DNA of 64,000 nucleotides from Kofleriaceae bacterium (lineage in GTDB: Bacteria; Myxococcota_A; Polyangia; Haliangiales; Haliangiaceae), in NCBI GenBank assembly GCA_965215005.1, contig CBDCCZ010000038.1, positions 1-64,000 on the forward strand, given 5' to 3'. This document shows, piece by piece, positions 50,382 to 60,470 of this stretch (positions are counted from its first letter, which is position 1; the number at the start of each line of letters is the position of its first letter). The notes beneath the pieces were generated by a model, which saw only the letters and a list, made by a program, of their open reading frames with translations, searched no databases and had not been told where the DNA came from. The position numbers and the translations under genes were made by a program.

Positions 50382-52621
50382 CAGTTGCGCTCCGCTTCGC
50401 TAGCAGCCGCGTGCTGCTTCCACTGCGGATCGATCCACGCCTTCTCGAATGGGATCATGTTGGTGAGGTTGATGGCGAGGTCTTTGACGTACGGCTTCTG
50501 CAGGTGGTGCTGCGTGTAGACGTATACCGGAATCACCGGAGCCTCTTCGAGGAACACCCGTTCGGCTTCCCGGATGATGCGAACGCGCTCAGTGCGATCG
50601 GTGGTGGCCTCGGCGCGCTCGTAAATCTCCTCGAACTCGCGGCTGCACCACTTGGTGCGATTGTCAGGCGAGTCGCAGCGGAACTGCGGCAGCATCTCAG
50701 CCTCGAGGTCGGGAAAGTTCATGATCCAACCCATGCGAGCGACGTCGTATTGGCCGTAGGTGGTATCGGATAAGAAGGTCTTCCACTCTTGGCTCTCGAG
50801 CTGTACATCGAGGCCTAGCTTGGTCTTCCACTCGTATTGCATGTACTCGGCCAGGAGCTTGTGCTGCTCGGAGCCGATGTTGAACTTCAGGGAAAAGGAC
50901 TTGGGAAATGCGGCTCCCATTTCCTTGCGGGCCAGGGCGAGCTCTTGTTTTGCTGCTTCGAGGTCGTAAGGGAGACCGGGCGGCGGCACGTAGCAGAGCT
51001 CGCCAGAAATCATCACGCTCGCCACGCCCGGCTGATCCTCGCTAACCCCACACAGCTTTCGGTCTTCAGGACTCAGCTGATCGATGGGTGTGCCCGGCAT
51101 GAGCTGAACGGTGGGAATCTGGCCGCCGTTGGCAATTTTGGGAATCGGCGCGCGATCGATGGCCATCGACAAGGCGCGGCGAAAGTGGACGTTGGGAAAT
51201 CGCTCGGTATTGATGAGGTAGAGGTACACGCCGAGGTAGGGCGCCACCTTGTAGTCTTTGTAGGGGCGACCGCCGCGCTGCTCGCCGCGGAGCACGGGCA
51301 AATACGATGGCGGGATGTTGTTCTGCACGAGGGCATCGCAGCCGCCTTGATAGTAGTAGTTCGTCGACGCCGCCTGATCGTCCATGCTGAAGACGGTGAT
51401 GCGCCCGAGGCGGGTATGCTCAGCGTCCCAGTACGTGGGCGACTTGGTCATCTCGATGCGATCGCGCACCAGCCATTTCGCTAGATGGTAGGGGCCGGAG
51501 GTGATGACGTGCGCCGGCTCGCTCCACTTCTGCGGCCAGCGTGAGACCGCCTCGCGCGGCGACGGGCGAAACGCACGCTGTACCGATAGGTCGATCATGT
51601 ATGGGATGGGGTTCTCGGTCTCGAGCACCAGCGTTTGGTCATCGACCACCCGCATGCCGAGCGCCTCGGGAAGCATCATCACATCGGCGGCCTTGACCTT
51701 GCCGGTGATGAGCGGCGGCGTGCCTTCTGCTTGAACGTCGGTGGCAGCGAGCATTCGACCGGGGATGCGGCTCGGCGGCACCGCGGTGACGGTGTGCTCG
51801 AAGTCGGCGTGGGGCTGGTTTTTCAGCTGCGTCGTCGGCACCCAGCCATACACGCCTTGGCCTTCGAGCCAATGGATGTAGCCCCACTCGCCTCCGCTGG
51901 CGTCGGTCTTGAGGTCGATGATCGTGACGCTTTCACCCGCCGGAACCGTGCGATACGGCTCTTTCAGTCGACAATCGTCCCGCTGGCCGCAAAAGTCCCA
52001 AAACCCGGGAAAGTCGCGGAGCGCAGCGGGCTCCTGCAGAACGCGGGTGTTGGAGTACGAAAGCTCGGTGGAGGCCAGCGCCTTGGCCTCCTCGGAGGCA
52101 TCCTCGGCGGGCGCCACGATCTCCACGACGTCGCCCTTCTTGAAGGGGCCGACGTCGCGCAGCATCACCCGGATGCGGTTGCCGGTGAACGCTTGCGCGT
52201 TCTTGAGCTTCCACAGCGCATCGACGTTGCGCGAGGCGGTGAACGGATGCAGGACGCGCACGATCTGATAGGCAAAGTCGTGAGCGGTGAGCGGGCGGCC
52301 GTTCGACCAACGCGCATCGTCGCGTAAGTGAAAGGTGAAGGTGCGCAGGTCCTCGGAGATGTCCCAGTGAGTGGCGATCGACGGCTCGGGCAATCCCTGG
52401 AGGTTGTGCCGGGTGAGGCCGTCCCACAGCGCGTAAACCAGCGGCAACCCGGTGGTGCTCGTGGTCAAGGCGGGGTCGAGGTACTGCGGCTCGCCAAAAT
52501 TGCACCAGCGCAGGTGGGTGGGATCCGGATGATCGGCGACTTTGCCAAAGTAGTCGCCTTCTGGCAGACCGCAGCCGCTCCCCAGGAGGATCATCCCGGC
52601 GGCCCACGGCAGCGCCTTCAT
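50381..52621 (-). CDS. oppA: Oligopeptide ABC substrate-binding lipoprotein OppA with a large insertion
   Basis: GSGC lipobox; EP..LDP, A..W.IS.D..T.TFHLR..A.WSNG.PLTAHDF, SGPYHL..W, RRALS.AIDR, ARMGW. About 170 extra residues after KNAQAF. Confidence 0.88.
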   Translation of the reverse strand: MKALPWAAGMILLGSGCGLPEGDYFGKVADHPDPTHLRWCNFGEPQYLDPALTTSTTGLPLVYALWDGLTRHNLQGLPEPSIATHWDISEDLRTFTFHLRDDARWSNGRPLTAHDFAYQIVRVLHPFTASRNVDALWKLKNAQAFTGNRIRVMLRDVGPFKKGDVVEIVAPAEDASEEAKALASTELSYSNTRVLQEPAALRDFPGFWDFCGQRDDCRLKEPYRTVPAGESVTIIDLKTDASGGEWGYIHWLEGQGVYGWVPTTQLKNQPHADFEHTVTAVPPSRIPGRMLAATDVQAEGTPPLITGKVKAADVMMLPEALGMRVVDDQTLVLETENPIPYMIDLSVQRAFRPSPREAVSRWPQKWSEPAHVITSGPYHLAKWLVRDRIEMTKSPTYWDAEHTRLGRITVFSMDDQAASTNYYYQGGCDALVQNNIPPSYLPVLRGEQRGGRPYKDYKVAPYLGVYLYLINTERFPNVHFRRALSMAIDRAPIPKIANGGQIPTVQLMPGTPIDQLSPEDRKLCGVSEDQPGVASVMISGELCYVPPPGLPYDLEAAKQELALARKEMGAAFPKSFSLKFNIGSEQHKLLAEYMQYEWKTKLGLDVQLESQEWKTFLSDTTYGQYDVARMGWIMNFPDLEAEMLPQFRCDSPDNRTKWCSREFEEIYERAEATTDRTERVRIIREAERVFLEEAPVIPVYVYTQHHLQKPYVKDLAINLTNMIPFEKAWIDPQWKQHAAASEAERN

Positions 52622-52675
52622 CGCTCGCATCCGCGCGTTATAACCTTAGTGCGAGCACCGTTCAAACCGCCGCCC

Positions 52676-52765
52676 GCGACCCGCTCGGACGACCCGGCCG
52701 CGACCGGCTTGAACGCGCGCGCGACCGGCGTGAATGAGCCGCGCGCGACCGGGGTGAACGAGCCG
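52676..52765. repeat. Four imperfect 21-24-bp direct repeats between korB and oppA
   Basis: gcgacccgctcggacg (52676), gcgaccggcttgaacg (52700), gcgaccggcgtgaatg (52721), gcgaccggggtgaacg (52745). Confidence 0.7.
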
Positions 52766-52769
52766 TGCC

Positions 52770-53831
52770 TCAGTGCTTGACGCCGTCTGGTCCGACTTCC
52801 CAGGTCATCCCCGAGTACAACAGCCGCTTGAGGTCGCCTTTGCCCTGCGACTCGATGGTGCTTTGCACCTGCGCCGCCGCCATCTCGTCGTACGCGGGCT
52901 TGGCTTCGGCGCGCATGACGCCCACTGGAATGGGGAAATCGGGATGGCTCATTTGCGCCAGCATGAACGGCCACGCGGGCGTAGCGCGCTCATCGTGCAC
53001 CGCCACGTCGCTCAGCGGCACCTTGCCCTCGCCCTCGCCGATCTCGACCACTTCGGGACGAAGGTCGCCGCCGACGCGGATGCCAAACTGCTTGTTCTTG
53101 CCAAATAGCAGCGGCTTGCCGTGCTCGAGCACCAGCTGGCGGTCGGCCTTGTGCTTCTTATCGGCGATATCGGCCCACACGCCATCGTTGAACACCGGGC
53201 AGTTCTGCAAGATCTCGATGATCGCGGCGCCTTTGTGCTCGTGCGCGCGCGTGAGCAGCTCGCCCATCAGCTTGGCGTCGGTATCGGCGACGCGGGCCAC
53301 GAACGTTGCCCCTGCGCCCAGTGCAAACGCCAGCGGGTTCACCGGATGGTCGATCGATCCATACGGCGTGGATGGAGCCTTCATGCCGAGCTGCGAGGTC
53401 GGCGAATATTGCCCTTTGGTGAGCCCATAGATCTGATTGTTGAACAGCAGGATGTTCAGATCCACGTTGCGCCGCAGCGCGTGCAGCAGGTGATTGCCGC
53501 CGATGCTGAGACCATCGCCGTCACCGGTGACCACCCATACCGAAAGCTCCGGTCTCGCCACCTTCAGGCCGCTGGCGATCGCCGGAGCGCGGCCGTGAAT
53601 GCTGTGGAACCCGTAGGTGTTCATGTAATACGGAAAGCGGCTCGAGCAGCCGATGCCCGAGACGAATACGATGTTCTCTTTGGGCACTCCCAAGAGCGGC
53701 ATCTGCCGCTGCACCGCCGCCAGGATGGCGTAGTCGCCGCAACCGGGACACCAGCGCACGTCCTGGTCGGACTCGAAGTCTTTCTTGCCGAGCTTCACAG
53801 GCCCGTTGGGATGTTTCACCGGGTCAGCCAT
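52770..53831 (-). CDS. korB: 2-oxoacid:ferredoxin oxidoreductase beta subunit
   Basis: WCPGCGD, SGIGCSSR, HSIHGRA, GDGDGLSIGGNH, NN.IYGLTKGQ.SPT. Confidence 0.93.
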   Translation of the reverse strand: MADPVKHPNGPVKLGKKDFESDQDVRWCPGCGDYAILAAVQRQMPLLGVPKENIVFVSGIGCSSRFPYYMNTYGFHSIHGRAPAIASGLKVARPELSVWVVTGDGDGLSIGGNHLLHALRRNVDLNILLFNNQIYGLTKGQYSPTSQLGMKAPSTPYGSIDHPVNPLAFALGAGATFVARVADTDAKLMGELLTRAHEHKGAAIIEILQNCPVFNDGVWADIADKKHKADRQLVLEHGKPLLFGKNKQFGIRVGGDLRPEVVEIGEGEGKVPLSDVAVHDERATPAWPFMLAQMSHPDFPIPVGVMRAEAKPAYDEMAAAQVQSTIESQGKGDLKRLLYSGMTWEVGPDGVKH

Positions 53832-53840
53832 GGCGTTTTC

Positions 53841-55733
53841 TCACTGCAGTGGTTTCAGGGTGGCGGTGGTGCTAACGGCGGCGGCACCGCCGAGCATTTC
53901 GCGGATGGCGGCGACGATCTCTGCCACCTTGAAGGGCTGGCCTTGCACCTTATTCAGCCCTACAGCATCCACCAGGTACTCGGCGCGCAGCACGTAGCGA
54001 AGCTGGCCCATGTTGAGCTCCGGGACCAGCACCCGTTTGAATCGCTTGAGAAGCTCTTCTAGGCGCGGATTGAGCGGGCTGAGCCACTGCAGGTGCACGT
54101 GACTCACGCTCTCGCCGGCGACTTGCACTTGCTGCACCGCCTGGCGAATTGCTCCGAACGTGCCGCCCCAGCCGACCACCAATAGCTCGCCTTCATCGCG
54201 ACCGCAGATCTCCAGCTCGGGCGTGTCTTGCGCGATCTTGGCGATTTTGGCGGCACGCGTGAGGATCATGCGCTCGTGGTTCTGCGGGTCGTAGGAGACG
54301 TTGCCGGTGAGAAAGTCTTTCTCGAGACCGCCGATGCGATGCTCGAGCCCCGGCGTTCCCGGCAGCGCCCACGCGCGCGCCAGCGTCTGCGGGTCGCGCT
54401 CATACACGAGGTAGCCTTCCGGATCGGTGCGATGCTCGACCTTGATCGGCGGCAGCGCGCTCACGTCTGGAACCATCCACGGCTCAGCGCCATTGGCCAA
54501 ATAGCCATCGGTGAGCAGGAACACCGGCACCATGTATTTGAGCGCGATGCGCACCGCTTCAACGGCGCAGTAGAAATTATCGCCGGGCGTCTTGGCGGCG
54601 ATGATGGGCATCGGCGCTTCGCCGTTGCGGCCAAACAGCGACTGCAATAGATCCGCTTGCTCGGTCTTGGTGGGCAGCCCGGTCGAAGGACCGCCACGCT
54701 GCACGCTCACGACGACCATCGGCAACTCGGTCATGACCGCCAAGCCGATGCCTTCGCCCTTGAGCGCGATGCCTGGTCCAGAAGAGGCCGTGACGGCGAT
54801 GGAGCCGCCATACGCGGCGCCAATGGCGGCACCGACCGCCGCGATCTCATCCTCGGCCTGGAACGTGACGGCGTTATAGTTTTTGTAGCGCGAGACGTAA
54901 TGCAGAATGGACGACGCCGGAGTGATTGGATACCCGCTGTAGAACAGCTGCTTGCCGGCCAGGTTCGCTGCGGTGACCAGACCGAGCGATAGCGCTTCGT
55001 TGCCGGTGATGTTGCGGTAGATGCCCGGCGCAAACTTGGCGGCGGCGACCTCGTAAACGTCTTGAAAGACCTCGGCCGTTTCGCCGTAGTGATAGCCCGC
55101 TTTGAATACGCGGATGTTGGCGTCGGCGAGCTGGGGCTTCTTGCCGAACTTGGCGTGGATGTTGGCTACCTCGACCTGCGGATCCTTGGAGTACATCCAG
55201 AACAGCAGCCCGAGCGCGAAGAAGTTCTTCGAGCGGCCCTTCTCCTTGGTGGAGAGGTCGGTCTCTTCCAGCGCCGCCATCGTGAGGCTGGAGATATCGA
55301 TGGAGTGCAGCCGATACGGCTTGAGCGAGCCGTCGTCGAGGGGATTGGCGTCGTAGCCGGCCTTCTTGAGATTGGGCCCGGTGAAGGTGCCGCTATTGAT
55401 GATGAGAAGTCCGCCTTCGACGAGCTCGCGAAGATTTGTCTTCAGCGCGGCCGGATTCATCACCACCAGGACGTCGGGAGCGTCACCCGGGGTGTGGATC
55501 TCATTCGAAGAGAAGTGCAGCTGAAACCCGGAGACGCCGGCGAGGCTGCCCGCGGGCGCACGAATCTCGGCCGGGAAATCGGGAAAGGTGGAAATGTCGT
55601 TGCCGGCAACGGCCGCGGCTTTGGTGAGCTCGGTGCCAGTGAGCTGCATGCCGTCGCCCGAGTCGCCCGCAAAGCGAATGACGACCTTTTCGAGAGACTT
55701 CGCGACGGGTCGCTTGGCCTGCTGGGTGTCCAT
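53841..55733 (-). CDS. korA: 2-oxoacid:ferredoxin oxidoreductase alpha subunit
   Basis: FAGDSGDGMQL, GYPITPAS, QAEDEIAA, SSGPG, QRGGPSTGLPTKTEQ, ELNMGQL. Confidence 0.93.
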   Translation of the reverse strand: MDTQQAKRPVAKSLEKVVIRFAGDSGDGMQLTGTELTKAAAVAGNDISTFPDFPAEIRAPAGSLAGVSGFQLHFSSNEIHTPGDAPDVLVVMNPAALKTNLRELVEGGLLIINSGTFTGPNLKKAGYDANPLDDGSLKPYRLHSIDISSLTMAALEETDLSTKEKGRSKNFFALGLLFWMYSKDPQVEVANIHAKFGKKPQLADANIRVFKAGYHYGETAEVFQDVYEVAAAKFAPGIYRNITGNEALSLGLVTAANLAGKQLFYSGYPITPASSILHYVSRYKNYNAVTFQAEDEIAAVGAAIGAAYGGSIAVTASSGPGIALKGEGIGLAVMTELPMVVVSVQRGGPSTGLPTKTEQADLLQSLFGRNGEAPMPIIAAKTPGDNFYCAVEAVRIALKYMVPVFLLTDGYLANGAEPWMVPDVSALPPIKVEHRTDPEGYLVYERDPQTLARAWALPGTPGLEHRIGGLEKDFLTGNVSYDPQNHERMILTRAAKIAKIAQDTPELEICGRDEGELLVVGWGGTFGAIRQAVQQVQVAGESVSHVHLQWLSPLNPRLEELLKRFKRVLVPELNMGQLRYVLRAEYLVDAVGLNKVQGQPFKVAEIVAAIREMLGGAAAVSTTATLKPLQ

Positions 55734-55908
55734 CGGCGTGTACCTTACAGAAGACGTCTGGTTTGGGAAGCCGGTGCGCCACCCAAACACGAAGAGCGGC
55801 AAAACCTACGCGAGGCCGCGAAGATAGGCAATAGCTGCGCTCGATTCCGCGGCCGCTCGGGCGTGGCCGCGGGCCTCGGTTTGCGCGGCAGTTTCGCCCG
55901 GAAGCGCC

Positions 55909-55938
55909 TTGCCGACATTGGTTCACGGGCGGTATAAG
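55909..55938 (+). promoter_or_regulatory. Sigma-70-like promoter of tRNA-Arg
   Basis: TTGCCG-18 nt-TATAAG, ending 11 nt before the tRNA. Confidence 0.5.
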
Positions 55939-55949
55939 CCTCTACCTAC

Positions 55950-56027
<78 letters not shown>

Positions 56028-56094
56028 GGCGCGATGCGCGGCGGCTCGCCACGCGCGCCAGTGGGCGCCGACCCGTCCGAGCAAGGTTCCGCCC

Positions 56095-56745
56095 GTGCCC
56101 AAGCCCCTCGCTGAAATTGTCATCGATGCTGGCCTCGCGGGCCGCAGCGACGTCGTGGCGGCGGCCAAAATTGCCGATGAGCGCAAGCTGCCGCTCATTG
56201 CGGCGCTGGTTCGCCACGGGGGAGTCGACGAGCTCGGCTTGGTCGCCGCGATCCGCAAGCAGGTCCGCTTGCCGGTGATCGACCCGGCGTCGATACAGCA
56301 CGACCCCGATGCCCTTCGCGAGCTGCCTCGCGAGGTGTGTCGGCGCTTGCGGGTATTGCCCATCGGAGTTGCCGCGTACGACTCCGGTCCGCGCATTCTG
56401 CGCTTGGCCATGGCAGATCCGACGGATCCCGTCACTCTTGCCGAGGTCGAGCACGTCACCGGATGCGAGGTCGAAGCGATGCTGATGCCGCTCTCGGCGA
56501 TCGAAGAAATGGTCGAGAACAGCTATCGCGCGTTCGTGACGGCGGTCATGCCGCGCGAGCCAGCAGCAGCATCTCGAGAGACGTCTGCATCGACCACGCC
56601 CTATCATCGGGTATCGGATGAAGCCGACCTGGCGTTGCGGCATCGCGCGCTACTCGAGCTGTTGGTGAAGAAGCAGCTCATCAGCGAAAGCGACTACGAG
56701 GCCGAGGTGCGGGCGCTGATGAAGCGGCGCGCCGCTGACCCGTAG
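56095..56745 (+). CDS. Stand-alone GSPII_N/MshEN-like domain protein
   Basis: PLAEIVIDAGL..., ALRELPREVCRRLRVLP, LRLAMADPTD...EVE..TG; no ATPase domain follows. Confidence 0.75.
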   Translation: MPKPLAEIVIDAGLAGRSDVVAAAKIADERKLPLIAALVRHGGVDELGLVAAIRKQVRLPVIDPASIQHDPDALRELPREVCRRLRVLPIGVAAYDSGPRILRLAMADPTDPVTLAEVEHVTGCEVEAMLMPLSAIEEMVENSYRAFVTAVMPREPAAASRETSASTTPYHRVSDEADLALRHRALLELLVKKQLISESDYEAEVRALMKRRAADP

Positions 56746-56758
56746 GCTATAGTTTGGC

Positions 56759-58978
56759 GTGCCGGTGACTGCTTCCGTGGACACGAATCGTTGCCAACAT
56801 TGTGGGCTCGAGTTTGCCGCGAGCGCGCTGTTTTGTCCGGCGTGCGGCACGGCGAGGTCGCGCGACGAGGGTGGCGATCCGCTGCTGGGGACGGTTCTCG
56901 GCGAGCGATTTCTGCTCGTAGAGCGCCTCGGGCACGGCGCCTCGGGCACCATCTATCGCGCCGAGCACACCACCTTGCGCCGGCGCGTGGCGGTCAAGGT
57001 GCTTCATCACGAGCTGTCTCGCGATGACCTCGCGATGGAGCGCTTCCGCCGCGAAGCCACCACCGTGAGCGATATCGATAACGAGCACATCGTGCAAATT
57101 CACGACTTCGGGCGAGCTGCCGATGGTCGTTTGTATTTGGCGATGGAGCTGCTCGAGGGCGAGACCCTCGATCAGGTGTTGCACCGCGACAAGCGGCTCG
57201 CCATTGCCGACACGGTTGACGTCATCATTCAGCTCGGCGAAGCGCTCATGGAAGCGCACGCGATGGGCTACATCCACCGCGACCTGCGACCGCGCAACAT
57301 CTATCTCGCGATGCGCCGCGGCCGCGCCAACTTCGTCAAGCTGCTCGACTTTGGGCTCGCAAAGTTGGTCGAGAAAGAGGGCGAGGCGGAATCTACCAGC
57401 CTCGGCATGACGTTCGGCGACCCCAAGTACATGTCGCCAGAGCAGGCCCGCGGCGACAACGTCGACCGTCGCGCGGACATTTATTCGCTTGGCTGCATCG
57501 CCTACGAGATGCTGGTTGGGCAGCCGCCATTCGTGGGCGGCAAGGTCTTCGACATCCTCACGCGCCACGTCGATACCGTCCCCGTGGCGCCCATCGAGCG
57601 CCGCGAAGACGTGCCGCCATGGCTCAACGCGACGGTGATGCGCATGCTCGCAAAATCGCCCGGCGAGCGCTTCATCACCGTCTATCGGCTGATCGAGGCG
57701 ATGCGCGAGGGGCAGCAAACGGGTGCGGTCATGGCCGATGAGGTGGCGCGGCGGCGCGAGTCGATTCCGCCGCCGTCGGTGTCGCGGGCGATGGAGCGGC
57801 TTGGCTACGATCCTCAAGACGCCTATCGCGTCGCTCGCGAAGAGATTCGCGATGAGGGCCAGGAATCCGGCTCCGCGGCGCCGGAGACGTTGCCGCCCGA
57901 CGAGCTGGTAATCACCGCGCCCGACGACGATGACGCTCGGCAGACGCTGGCGGTCGCGCCGGTGGTCGCGGAGCAGCGACGGGCGGCGGGCAAGCGCAAG
58001 GCCGACACCGAAGATTCGGGGGTGGGCATCTCGGGGGCATGGTTTGCCGATGGCGAGGTGCGTGGTGGCGAGCGGAGCGGCGCGCTCGAGCAGTCGGAGC
58101 AGGCGCGCCTGGAACGCGCCCGCGCCGCGATATCGCCCGGTGACACGAGCCTCATCGATGACCTCTACTTCGAGCCGCCGCGGGGGCGGCTGCTAAAAGT
58201 CGCAGCTGGCGTGGCGGGGGCCGCGCTCCTAGTGGTGCTGGCGATCGCGCTGTGGCCGAGCGAGCCGGCGAAGCGGGATGTGGTGGCGGCTGCCGAGGAG
58301 CGCGCGGTTCCGGCGACCACCGTCATCGAGCCGCCGTACGGCGATGCGCTGGTGCAGCCCGGCGATGACCTCATGCAAGCCGAGGCGGACATGCCGAACC
58401 TCGAGGAGGATCGCGAGGCGGAGCAAGCGGTGGCGGCTGCCGCTCCGACAGCGCAGCAAGCGCGTGATTCGTCGCGGCCGAAGCGCCGCGACAAACCAGC
58501 GGCGGCGCGTCCTCGGCCCGCGGCTGCAGCGGCGAAAGCCAAGCCTGTTGCCGAGCCGGCCGACGATGACGAGCCCGTCGATGACGAGCCGAAGTCCACA
58601 GGTGATTCCGCAAAAGACGGTGGCAAGCGGGCTGCATTTTTCGCGCAGCTCGGCGCGCAAGCGCTGCGCAGCGGCGACACACTCGGCGCTGCAGGCAACT
58701 TTCAGAAAGCCCAAGAGCTCGATCCGCAAAATGTCGATGCCGCCGCGGGGCTGGGCGAAATCGCCCTTTTGCAGGGCTTTTACGCGGATGCCATCGCGCA
58801 TCTCGATCGCGCGGTAAAGCGTCGTCCGCGGAGTGCACGCTTGCAGACGCTCCTTGGCGAAGCATATCTAGGCAGCGGCAAAACCGCCGCCGCCACCACC
58901 GCCTTTCGTCGCGCACTCGACGCCGAGCCGGGCAACGAGCGCGCCCGGAGCGGACTCGAAGAAGCCACCGGGAGCTAG
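56759..58978 (+). CDS. Ser/Thr kinase with N-terminal zinc ribbon, TM helix and C-terminal TPRs
   Basis: CQHCG...FCPACG; GHGASGTIY, VAVK, HRDLRPRN, DFG, GDPKYMSPEQ; TM; TPR-like A...F.KA.ELDP repeats. Confidence 0.9.
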   Translation: MPVTASVDTNRCQHCGLEFAASALFCPACGTARSRDEGGDPLLGTVLGERFLLVERLGHGASGTIYRAEHTTLRRRVAVKVLHHELSRDDLAMERFRREATTVSDIDNEHIVQIHDFGRAADGRLYLAMELLEGETLDQVLHRDKRLAIADTVDVIIQLGEALMEAHAMGYIHRDLRPRNIYLAMRRGRANFVKLLDFGLAKLVEKEGEAESTSLGMTFGDPKYMSPEQARGDNVDRRADIYSLGCIAYEMLVGQPPFVGGKVFDILTRHVDTVPVAPIERREDVPPWLNATVMRMLAKSPGERFITVYRLIEAMREGQQTGAVMADEVARRRESIPPPSVSRAMERLGYDPQDAYRVAREEIRDEGQESGSAAPETLPPDELVITAPDDDDARQTLAVAPVVAEQRRAAGKRKADTEDSGVGISGAWFADGEVRGGERSGALEQSEQARLERARAAISPGDTSLIDDLYFEPPRGRLLKVAAGVAGAALLVVLAIALWPSEPAKRDVVAAAEERAVPATTVIEPPYGDALVQPGDDLMQAEADMPNLEEDREAEQAVAAAAPTAQQARDSSRPKRRDKPAAARPRPAAAAAKAKPVAEPADDDEPVDDEPKSTGDSAKDGGKRAAFFAQLGAQALRSGDTLGAAGNFQKAQELDPQNVDAAAGLGEIALLQGFYADAIAHLDRAVKRRPRSARLQTLLGEAYLGSGKTAAATTAFRRALDAEPGNERARSGLEEATGS

Positions 58979-59057
58979 CTGGTTCATGGCGGAAGTCGTG
59001 AACCGCTAGCAAAGCAACAATCGCTTGGGGAGACGCCGAAGGGGGCGCGTGAGTAGC
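58975..59057 (+). repeat. Partial (5' half) copy of the ~151-bp repeat
   Basis: Starts at the CTAG containing the kinase stop. Has the terminal hairpin and linker but lacks the long second hairpin. Confidence 0.88.
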
Positions 59058-59164
59058 TCCGCCCGACAAGTGCCTACATGCAGCTGCGGCACCGTTGCAA
59101 AATTCGGCGACAGCGCATTTCTCTGCTACTCTTGGAATCAATGGGTGCTCGCTTCGAGAGTCCG

Positions 59165-59314
59165 ATGGATCCCTCGAGACAATGGGAGCCGGAGCCGCTC
59201 CACCTGCCAACGTCCGATAGCGCCGAGCGCGGCCCACGCCGCCGCGAGCGCGACGACGCCGAACCCGATGAGTCGGGTCCTTCTGGCAGTCACGTCATCG
59301 TGATCGATCTATAA
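59165..59314 (+). CDS. Small hypothetical protein (49 aa)
   Basis: MDPSRQWEPEPLHLP...GSHVIVIDL; GAGAG upstream; same orientation as its neighbours. Confidence 0.45.
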   Translation: MDPSRQWEPEPLHLPTSDSAERGPRRRERDDAEPDESGPSGSHVIVIDL

Positions 59315-59378
59315 CTTCTGTCAGTGGCTCACGCCGAAGTCGTGAGTCGCTACGAACGAATGACGGCCGCGTAACCCG

Positions 59379-60470
59379 ATGCGCTACGACGTTTTCATCG
59401 AGCGAGCGCAATCAGGGATGCGTCTGGAAGACGTTGCTCGCCGGATCGCCGGCGACTACGGGCTACCGGCCTCGGCACTGGCGCAACGCCTCTCGAGTGG
59501 TCGGTTTCGCGTCAAAGCGGGCATCGAGCTGAGCGTGGCCGAGGGCTTGGTGCGGCACCTCGAGTCCTTGGGCGCTATGTGCAGCGTTGACGAAGCCGCC
59601 GATGGGGCTACCGTCTCGGCCGGCGCTCATGAGCGAGCGGCCAGCGCAGCACGCCCCGGCATCGCGGGAGACTTTCCGGTGGGCCTGGCGGCGGCGACGT
59701 CCAATGCGACGGATACTGACCTCGGCGCGCTCGCGACGCTCGATGGGCTGTTGTCGCTAGCCGACGTGGACGGTTCCGACAATCGACGCGTCAGCGGGGC
59801 CTCGAAGTCGACCGGTGGCGATGGCGCGCCTGCCAGCGCGGACGCGTTCGCGCCGCCAGGCCGAAGCGCTCCGCCGCCAATCATCGATCCTTCGCTGTCG
59901 TCAGGTTCGAGCGAGCCGCATGCCTCGGTACCAACCGCTCACGCCTTCTCGCCGCCCGGTGAGGACGACGAGGCTTTGGAGCTGCTCGAGGAGGCCCCTT
60001 GGCAGGCAGCGGCGGCCGCGCCCTTCGCGCCAAGCGCTGAAATCTCGGCGTCTCATGGCCCTGCTCCAATTGCCTCGCCAGCCCCCGCCGCGGTGCGCGT
60101 CGATGGAGGGCCTGCATCGCCGATGGCGCGCGCGCGCAATCAGCTAGCGGCGGATTCTCGCTTGCGCGTGTTGGTGGGCGTCATGCTGGCGCTGCTGATA
60201 GGTTTCGTTGCGGCGCATCTTGCGGCGAGCGTGCAAGAACGCGGATATGCGGCGCTCGATGCGCGGCTGGTTGCACAGCGAGCCGAGGCTGGTGAGACGC
60301 TAGTCGCTTGGCAAGCCTTCGCTGAGCGTCGCCAAGAACACCTGGCGCGTAAGCAGGCGATGCAGACGCGCATCGCGATTACCGGCTTGCTCGTGTGGGG
60401 GTTGGCTGCCGCAGGCGTTGGGTATCTGTGGTTCCGCCGCATCCCGTGGCAGCCTGCAGTCAGGGCGTAG
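59379..60470 (+). CDS. Hypothetical membrane protein
   Basis: Small N-terminal domain (VKAGI....AE.....LE.LGA), Pro/Ala linker, two C-terminal TM helices. Confidence 0.65.
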   Translation: MRYDVFIERAQSGMRLEDVARRIAGDYGLPASALAQRLSSGRFRVKAGIELSVAEGLVRHLESLGAMCSVDEAADGATVSAGAHERAASAARPGIAGDFPVGLAAATSNATDTDLGALATLDGLLSLADVDGSDNRRVSGASKSTGGDGAPASADAFAPPGRSAPPPIIDPSLSSGSSEPHASVPTAHAFSPPGEDDEALELLEEAPWQAAAAAPFAPSAEISASHGPAPIASPAPAAVRVDGGPASPMARARNQLAADSRLRVLVGVMLALLIGFVAAHLAASVQERGYAALDARLVAQRAEAGETLVAWQAFAERRQEHLARKQAMQTRIAITGLLVWGLAAAGVGYLWFRRIPWQPAVRA

